This document shows positions 60,801 through 64,000 of a stretch of DNA of 64,000 bases, in pieces; within the stretch, counting starts at the first letter, position 1; every line of letters begins with the position of its first letter. Under the pieces are notes generated by a model. That model was not told where the DNA came from, made no database searches, and was given only the letters and a program-made list of their open reading frames with translations. This DNA comes from Raillietiella orientalis (Eukaryota). The position numbers and the translations under genes are program-made. The DNA is taken from NCBI GenBank assembly GCA_036172245.1, contig JAYWIR010000056.1, positions 434,001 through 498,000 of the forward strand, in the 5' to 3' direction.

Positions 60801-63800
60801 CTTCGTTCCCATCTCGGATGCGAAGGTAGCCGGTCCCCTCCCTCCTCACCTCTGCATCAGTGTCTCGATGCTGTGCATGTAGTCGCATGTCCGCTCGAAA
60901 AAGCTCGTCACCAAGGAGCTGCACCACGTGAGCTTTATCTGTCCTTCTTTGAGCATGTCGTCAAGGATGCTGAAGTGAGGTTCGAACAAAGCAGCGAAGT
61001 TCTCGGGGATGCAGCCATACAGCCTCCTGCGCTCGAGGAGCAGCCACTGAAACAGAAGGCTGCCTTGAGGGAACGAGTCGGGATGGAGCAGCAAGTGCGT
61101 CTGCTGAGTGGTGCTGGCTCCAGCGACTGAATCCGAAAACTACACAGTCAACCTCGCTCGCCGTCCGTTGGAGAGGCTGCGCTGACGAGTGACAGAGGGG
61201 ATACACCAGGAAGGAGGGAGGCGACCACCCACTGGGATGTTTTTTTCTCTTTACTACCCTAGTGCCGGCAAGGTCAAAGGGAGACACTGTCACCTGAAGG
61301 CGTGAATCAGTCGCAAGATGCGCGCCCTCATTCTGAGGTGCTGCTTTCAGATTTCACTCGCTCGTGAGGCTGTTTGTGGAGGTGACCGGCATTGACCAGC
61401 AGGGCGAGGTGCCGGTTTTGCTCCTTGCAACCGGAGGAAGCTTCAGAAAAGGCTCTGCTTGCGACTCGAGGATGGGCAGATGCAGTCAGGCAGACCGGGA
61501 GAGATGGAATCCCTCGCGCGATGCGCGTACCCAGGAAGCGCACCAGTTTTCCGTGGGATGTTCCTGCGAAGTCAAGGGACCCCGAACGATCAAGAAGACG
61601 TTGCTCTGAGGGGGGTCATCATGGGAAACCACGGACTTCAGCAGGACTTCGGGGGGGGTGAGATAGGGCGTTCCCGAGGCGACCGCCCGACGGGCGAACC
61701 CGTTTCCAAAAGCTCGCTCCGAGAGCGCGCGTGCCGCCATCCAGGAAGCAGGAGAAAGGAGGCGCGGCTGCTTCCACGAACGCGCTCGGAGCGCTCCGGC
61801 GAGGGGAAGAGCGTGGGAAGGATAGAGGAAGGGGATAGGTCTGAAAAACTGCTGCATGTCTCCAGGGACGATTCTTCGAAGACTCTTATCTCCCACCAGG
61901 GGCTCGGAGTTCTCGGTCATTCCTATTGGCCCCGAGCTACTGATGCTGGAGGAACTCCCATAGGCGTTCTTCCCGGCAGCGGTGAAGGAAAATCGCTCGC
62001 GACGTCTTCTGGAAGGAGAGAGTTCTGTCCCTCTCCCCATGATTTTCCCGGAAACCGCGGGGAGGTCGGCAGGTATTGAGATACTAGCTTTCCTGCTCGA
62101 AGTCGTTCTGCAAGGGAGAGGCATAAGTGGTCCGGTGGAGACGAGGCCGGGGCACCCGTCTCCACTGTCAACTTCAGGATGCAGCGTCTTTGAGAGGGGG
62201 GAGCAGAAGGGCGGTCCTTAGCCTCTCTGGTGCCTGGAGACTCTCTCAGCAGCTGCTTCGCTCCGGCGCTCTCCTCCCTGGGCTGCGGCGTTTTCGAGTC
62301 TTCCAGAAAATCTCGTCTCCCGACCCATATCCCGAGTTTTTCTCCGAGCAGGAATTTCCGCCCTTTGGGGATCTCTCTCGAAGGGTCCTTTCTCGCCCCC
62401 TTCCTTCCCGGTCCGGAAACCCCCTTCCTGGGCCGTCTCTCCCCCTGGCTATCTCTGCGTCACGCGGAGCCTCCTAGGTTTTACCCCCGCGGAGCCAGCG
62501 GTCGCGGAGAGGAGGAGCTGCGGAGACCCCCGCTCTGGAAGCCGCGCGCGACTCGGAGCGTTGTGGGTTCGAACCCCTCCCGAGAAAGATCGACGCCGAG
62601 AATGAAGGGTGCGTGGTGGGTTTCAAGTCCCTTCCCCCTCCGCAGGATGTTGCTGGCTGGCTTATTGGTTCCGGGTGCTGCACTGGTGGAAACCGGATGC
62701 ATCCCGGATGTTGACTGGCCGGGATCGGAAGTGGACCTTTCGGGTCCTTCCAGGAATCCCTTTTGACAGGTTCCTTTGGGAGTTGTCCTCCGGTTGTGAG
62801 AATGGAGCCGTCCCCTTCCCCGGTGGGAACCCTCCATTGCGTACCATGGGACTGGTTGATACCCGTTCGGGGGTTAGCCTCTCCAGAATCTCTAAAGGGC
62901 TCTGCCTCTTTCAGAGAGCGCCCTTCAAAGGAAATGGGAAGCGTCCCTCCGGTGTTCCCTTCGGAGGTGGAGGAAACCAGGAGCGGATCCTTTCCGGATT
63001 CTTTTCGAAGAAACGAGGAGCAACCCTCCCAAACCAAAGTCTCCCTCCAGGGACAACCAGGGCGAACATTTCTTTCAAGATTCCCTGTAAGGAGCGGAAT
63101 CCTCTCTTCCTTATTCTCGAGCTGGAAGGACGAGAGGTGCGCCAGCGGGCGTAGCGCGCGAGAGAGGTCGCGCGCGTGCAGGACTGCGCTCCGAGGACGT
63201 ACCTCCATCCTGTCCCTCTTGGAGACGATCTCGTCCTTCATGGACAAGAGCAGACTAATGAAAGGGGGTAAGGCATGCCCCATCTTTCGCAGGACTCCTG
63301 CGTCCCTCATGAGGGTGCCGATGCCCTGGTCGAAGTTGACGGTGAGCTCTGACGTCACCGGGTGCCTCACAACGAGGGGACAGCCCAGGCTCATCCGGAC
63401 GCTTCCCGGCTGGAAGGGAAGCGGGGAGGGGCAGCTCGAGTGTCCACTGCCATGGGGAGGATCCTCACGTTCTGACCGCTCCAGCGGCTGCACACCTCCG
63501 CCTCGGACCTCAGCAGCTGGGACGCTAGCTTGTCCCTCTTCTCTTTCAGTCTGGTCACGGTCTGGATCCCGCAGGCATCGAGGAGCTGTTCTCCCGGCAG
63601 CTCTCGGAGGCATGAGCCGACGCGGCGGGACAGGTGGTGGACCCACATGACCTTCCCTAAGGGCAGGAAGCATGGGTGTTGCGGAGGCTTCCCCCTTCCC
63701 TGTAGTGCCCCACGCGGCACCTACGCGCGACGAGAGGGACGAGGCGGTACGCTGGCGGCCGGTCGCGGCTCTCCGCGAAGCAGGCGGCCGCGTGGTCCAA

Positions 63801-63905
63801 CATCTCCTCCCGCCTGCGGAGCACCCGTTCGGCCTTGTCGTCGACCTCCAGCCGGGGAACCAGCCTCCGCCGCACTTCCAGGAAGCGGCTCACGATCCGA
63901 CCGGC
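328..63905 (-). CDS. DNAH5: Axonemal outer-arm dynein heavy chain, DNAH5/DNAH8-like; ~62 exons, partial at both ends
   Basis: Exons join in frame at GT-AG boundaries (one GC-AG) and give the dynein domain order. P-loops: GPAGTGKT (AAA1), GPSGSGKT (AAA2), GEQGSAKT (AAA3), GVGGSGK (AAA4). Also [26 protein letters not shown] and [24 protein letters not shown], typical of the DNAH5/8 subfamily. The symbol marks the subfamily; DNAH5 vs DNAH8 cannot be resolved. Confidence 0.95.
1548..2205 (-). CDS. DNAH5: Dynein HC exons 2053-2205, 1784-2010, 1548-1703 (AAA6)
   Basis: [25 protein letters not shown]...[11 protein letters not shown]...[22 protein letters not shown]. Confidence 0.93.
2793..3484 (+). 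mobile_element. tRNA-headed SINE-like family A, near full-length copy
   Basis: Head GCGTGGCTATGGTTTCCGCGCTTGGTATC..AGTCCGAATCCC; shared blocks GTTGACTGG.C.GGATTGAAAGTTGACC, CCAGGAATCAAGGAG and GTACCATGG recur in the other copies. Confidence 0.8.
4239..4897 (-). CDS. DNAH5: Dynein HC exons 4707-4897, 4523-4644, 4239-4404 (AAA5 lid/buttress region)
   Basis: [52 protein letters not shown]; splice phases are consistent. Confidence 0.92.
5200..5480 (-). mobile_element. Decayed L2-like ORF2 C-terminal remnant
   Basis: VRNLG and [16 protein letters not shown] resemble L2 VRNLGV / NAAARLV..HITPVL..LHWL. Confidence 0.35.
5733..6459 (-). mobile_element. SINE-like family A, full-length copy
   Basis: Reverse complement starts GGCCGTGTGGCTGCGGTC..GGGTTTGAATCCC and ends GGCGAACGGTTCTTC. 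Confidence 0.8.
9135..10452 (-). CDS. DNAH5: Dynein HC exons 10296-10452, 9444-9574, 9135-9388 (AAA5, buttress)
   Basis: [51 protein letters not shown]. Confidence 0.93.
10950..11430 (-). mobile_element. Decayed non-LTR retrotransposon (L1/Tx1-like) RT remnant
   Basis: Collinear degenerate motifs SLDF...FSHVD, VSIIND...KRIG...NCPL, SG.INTKK and KGYL; many stops and frameshifts. Confidence 0.4.
12788..13910 (-). CDS. DNAH5: Dynein HC exons 13695-13910, 13377-13642, 13153-13321, 12788-13099 (MTBD, stalk CC2, AAA5)
   Basis: [59 protein letters not shown]. Confidence 0.93.
14461..15237 (-). mobile_element. SINE-like family A, full-length copy
   Basis: Same head (GGCCGTGTGGCTGAGG..TGGTACCAAGAGTTGTGGGCTCGAATTCC) and same 3' end (GGCGAACGGTTCTTCAGCAC). 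Confidence 0.8.
16510..17507 (-). CDS. DNAH5: Dynein HC exons 17281-17507, 17017-17239, 16702-16900, 16510-16655 (AAA4 lid, stalk CC1, MTBD)
   Basis: [29 protein letters not shown]; coiled coil ending [37 protein letters not shown]. Confidence 0.93.
18423..19458. mobile_element. AT-rich foldback/MITE-like family B copy
   Basis: Inverted ends CAAAATCCCGAACGATC ... GATCGTTTGGGATTTCG; AT-rich arms with opposed repeat units; ~150-bp core (18917-19070) nearly identical to 21578-21730. Confidence 0.7.
18492..18523 (+). pseudogene. U2: U2 snRNA 5' fragment (3'-truncated retropseudogene)
   Basis: ATCGCTTCTCAGCCTTTTGGCTAAGACCACAG is ~29/32 identical to the U2 5' end (ATCGCTTCTCGGCCTTTTGGCTAAGATCAAAG, from memory) and starts at U2 nt 1; flanked by TATATAAT at 18484-18491 and 18524-18531. 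Confidence 0.8.
20789..21336 (-). CDS. DNAH5: Dynein HC exons 21206-21336, 21010-21158, 20789-20958 (AAA4)
   Basis: [39 protein letters not shown]. Confidence 0.93.
21340..21409. repeat. T17 run plus compound (ATC)n(ACC)n(AAC)n microsatellite
   Basis: Read directly from the sequence. Confidence 0.85.
21575..21850. mobile_element. Family B partial copy (core plus short right arm)
   Basis: Core ..CCTACCATTCTTGATGACATTCAAGAAATGCA.ATTTGTCAGTTAATGATGAATC shared with 18917-19070. Confidence 0.7.
22190..23936 (-). CDS. DNAH5: Dynein HC exons 23802-23936, 23505-23745, 23065-23270, 22608-22771, 22438-22560, 22190-22382 (AAA3 and lid)
   Basis: [54 protein letters not shown]. Confidence 0.93.
23981..24752 (+). 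mobile_element. SINE-like family A, full-length copy
   Basis: GGCCGTGTGGTTGTGGTCTCCG head; GTTGACTGGTCGGGATTGAAAGTTGACC; ends GACGAACGGTTTTTTAGCAC. Confidence 0.8.
24855..25295 (-). CDS. DNAH5: Dynein HC exons 25049-25295, 24855-24997 (AAA2 lid)
   Basis: [16 protein letters not shown]...[16 protein letters not shown]. Confidence 0.9.
26877..27021 (+). repeat. 145-bp direct repeat, copy 1
   Basis: About 11 mismatches and no indels versus 30333-30477 (hand alignment). Confidence 0.92.
27877..28062 (-). CDS. DNAH5: Dynein HC exon (AAA2 lid)
   Basis: [18 protein letters not shown] continues ..VSRNGM of the exon at 34086-34282; TAG acceptor and GTGAGT donor. Confidence 0.9.
29186..30322 (+). 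CDS. DUOXA: Dual oxidase maturation factor (DUOXA / moladietz-NIP)-like multi-pass membrane protein; uninterrupted ORF nested antisense in a dynein intron
   Basis: Frame open 29054-30322; likely start ATG at 29186 (378 aa). Motifs match the arthropod DUOXA family as I recall it: TGDV...F.TFY.SFLV; W before the large loop; VG.HFGL; KGLP..I.TV; W..QY..AGY.A..ML; V(H)VEG..L...F...FW.LV..G; LD.DYDT. About 5 hydrophobic segments. An upstream acceptor (TTTTTCTTTTAG, 29139) could add a 5' exon. Confidence 0.85.
   Translation: MYFTGDVELIYSFVSFVTFYASFLVVLLTRRKHRRITFCIATVLVANGFAISFGILSPSWQSGTVTVYTRLSDQDKIMDKVQVGVHFGLESMKISLANREGSLLLNASRNLDLSEKLDYAACLSSAYQNILPVKGLPDAIMTVVSHLNVYSKWKYVSLGPSGIEWMKQYYQAGYIAKSMLVYAGFVWIFTFYFFIMIPGYAYHGLGCTSIFTLASPLAFYAPLSEYPFVVHVEGKFLMVSFDLAFWVLVVSGLVSLTTTCALFVYQDVLKNKLITALDLDYDTSLFTLYAESDSLERYELYQWKRRFLRILSHQRERKTLSYLPPGLLSDLGQCFSYAKLRDPITSSLNYVCSPSAKPSSRSLTRICSKNMTIVLSRV
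30333..30477 (+). repeat. 145-bp direct repeat, copy 2 (starts 10 bp after the DUOXA-like stop)
   Basis: Matches 26877-27021 at ~92%. Confidence 0.92.
32265..32415 (+). mobile_element. Second, unrelated tRNA-derived SINE remnant
   Basis: GGTGTGGCTCGG..AAGGTCGCAGGTTCGAACCTCGG (A/B boxes); downstream CAGCAGCAAAAATGGGAATCTGG resembles a conserved SINE central domain. Confidence 0.4.
34086..34459 (-). CDS. DNAH5: Dynein HC exons 34332-34459, 34086-34282 (AAA2)
   Basis: [73 protein letters not shown]. Confidence 0.94.
35950..36640 (-). mobile_element. Possible decayed L1/Tx1-like RT remnant
   Basis: G..SDF..KR....SCMS, KIKVL and CPYLG...I in the expected order; weak. Confidence 0.28.
36820..37122. 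mobile_element. Family B short copy
   Basis: AATCCCCAGCGATCACTAAAAATG ... TTTATTTTTCATATGAT..GGGATTTCGG flanking an AT-rich interior. Confidence 0.55.
37370..39323 (-). CDS. DNAH5: Dynein HC exons 39099-39323, 38880-39052, 38659-38837, 38412-38599, 38156-38350, 37970-38108, 37746-37903, 37370-37488 (end of linker, AAA1, AAA2 P-loop)
   Basis: [86 protein letters not shown]. Confidence 0.95.
39833..40146 (-). mobile_element. SINE-like family A, internally deleted copy
   Basis: Both head (GTGTGGCGCG..TGGTGCCAAGCG..GGTTCGAATC) and tail (GACGAACGGTTCTT) are present but the copy is only ~310 bp. Confidence 0.7.
40895..41056 (-). CDS. DNAH5: Dynein HC exon (linker, DHC_N2)
   Basis: [15 protein letters not shown]; canonical splice sites. 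Confidence 0.9.
41747..41896. repeat. GC-rich minisatellite, 3 x 50 bp
   Basis: Unit GCCGCAGCTCGGGCCCGCTCGCATCCCCGTGTCCTGYRCTGAGGTCCTTT at 41747, 41797 and 41847, head-to-tail. Confidence 0.95.
42490..43112. mobile_element. Family B copy
   Basis: ATCAAAATCCCGAA/TCCGAAAGATCACAAAAAATAAA ... TTTATTTTTCATGATCTTTCGGATTTCGGGAT inverted ends. Confidence 0.7.
43944..44353 (-). CDS. DNAH5: Dynein HC exons 44201-44353, 43944-44151 (linker)
   Basis: [36 protein letters not shown]. Confidence 0.93.
45160..46135. mobile_element. Family B copy with degenerate internal tandem units
   Basis: ATCCCGAAAA ... TTTTTCGGGATTTCG; ~190-bp degenerate units starting at 45281 and 45469; diverged core at 45975-46110. 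Confidence 0.65.
46750..47660 (-). mobile_element. Decayed LINE RT remnant (CR1/L2/Jockey-like)
   Basis: [14 protein letters not shown]...SKSF..TVLEQ...LSQEYEF resembles the RT N-terminal PK..NYRPIS...K..E...L...Q.GF. Confidence 0.45.
48055..48472 (-). CDS. DNAH5: Dynein HC exons 48273-48472, 48055-48219 (linker)
   Basis: [55 protein letters not shown]. Confidence 0.93.
50067..51114 (-). CDS. DNAH5: Dynein HC exons 50965-51114, 50781-50912, 50496-50734, 50067-50307 (tail/DHC_N2)
   Basis: [69 protein letters not shown]. Confidence 0.92.
51335..51760 (-). mobile_element. SINE-like family A, 5'-truncated copy
   Basis: Begins at the GGTTCCTTCCAGGAATCAAGGAG block and runs to the family 3' end. 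Confidence 0.65.
52450..53330 (-). mobile_element. Decayed L2/CR1-like 3' remnant
   Basis: NIRP.L....LVLLSR....CN, AVRL...SKS and LWN motifs in the expected order; very degenerate. Confidence 0.3.
55370..55605 (-). CDS. DNAH5: Dynein HC exon (tail)
   Basis: [33 protein letters not shown]. Confidence 0.9.
55698..56043 (+). mobile_element. SINE-like family A, 3'-truncated copy with the best-preserved Pol III boxes
   Basis: A-box-like TGGCTGCGGTC; perfect B-box GGTTCGAATCCC; shared internal blocks. Confidence 0.8.
56285..57400. mobile_element. Family B copy interrupted by a mariner element
   Basis: ATCTTGGAAGATCTTAAAAAATAAA ... TTTTATGATCTTTCGGGATTTTGATC. Confidence 0.65.
56664..57261 (-). 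mobile_element. Mariner (Tc1/mariner) non-autonomous deletion derivative with ~85-bp inverted repeats
   Basis: IRs 56664-56748 and 57175-57261 (CGAGGCTCATTTCAAAAG.AATGGCCGATCGG...); TA on the right flank and CA on the left; frameshifted transposase C-terminus [19 protein letters not shown] ... [22 protein letters not shown] ... NGDYVE. Confidence 0.9.
58173..58611 (-). CDS. DNAH5: Dynein HC exons 58429-58611, 58173-58374 (tail)
   Basis: [31 protein letters not shown]; phase matches the exon at 55370-55605. Confidence 0.82.
59619..61046 (-). CDS. DNAH5: Dynein HC exons 60850-61046, 60624-60789, ~60422-60574, 60101-~60311, 59876-60057, probable 59619-59699 (tail, after DHC_N1)
   Basis: [57 protein letters not shown]. 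Boundaries at 60311-60422 are ambiguous. Confidence 0.75.
62550..63120 (+). mobile_element. SINE-like family A, partial copy
   Basis: GGGTTCGAACCCC B-box; GTTGACTGGCCGGGATCGGAAGTGGACC; GTACCATGGGACTGG. Confidence 0.75.
63203..63905 (-). CDS. DNAH5: Dynein HC exons 63725-63905, 63469-63656, 63203-63409 (DHC_N1)
   Basis: [20 protein letters not shown] (cf. PP.AGKI.W.R.L..RI); LVVRHP.T.ELTVNFD; in-phase GT-AG introns of 59 and 68 nt. Confidence 0.78.
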
Positions 63906-64000
63906 CTGCAGAAAGACGCGGTCCTCAGGAGATTAGGGGAGGATGGCAGCGTCCCTCCTCCCCACCTGGAGCGAATCCCACGCGTCCGCGAACGTCCTCT

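Noticed and set aside
62474..63673. 399-aa minus-strand ORF as a separate gene
   Set aside because: It is a read-through of dynein exon 63203-63409 into intron and SINE sequence, plus an off-frame part of the upstream exon.

Overview
This is eukaryotic DNA, probably arthropod. The whole window lies inside one large minus-strand gene for an axonemal outer-arm dynein heavy chain of the DNAH5/DNAH8 (Drosophila kl-3/CG9492) type. I traced about 62 exons by hand, from the N-terminal tail (~63.9 kb) through the linker, AAA1-4, stalk/MTBD and AAA5 to AAA6 (0.3 kb). Both ends of the gene lie outside the window. About half the introns are only 41-68 nt long; the rest are 0.1-6 kb and repeat-rich. The 6-kb intron at 28063-34085 contains an uninterrupted, divergent DUOXA (dual oxidase maturation factor, moladietz-like) ORF on the opposite strand, which is the most notable item. 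Other intronic elements are: a ~750-bp tRNA-headed SINE-like family (8 copies), an AT-rich foldback/MITE-like family (6 copies), a 598-bp mariner deletion derivative nested in one of those copies, a 32-nt U2 snRNA 5' fragment with an 8-bp target-site duplication, a 3x50-bp minisatellite, a 145-bp direct repeat and several very decayed LINE reverse-transcriptase remnants. There is no CRISPR array, rRNA, intact tRNA or prokaryotic system. All family assignments come from motif recognition by eye, not database searches.
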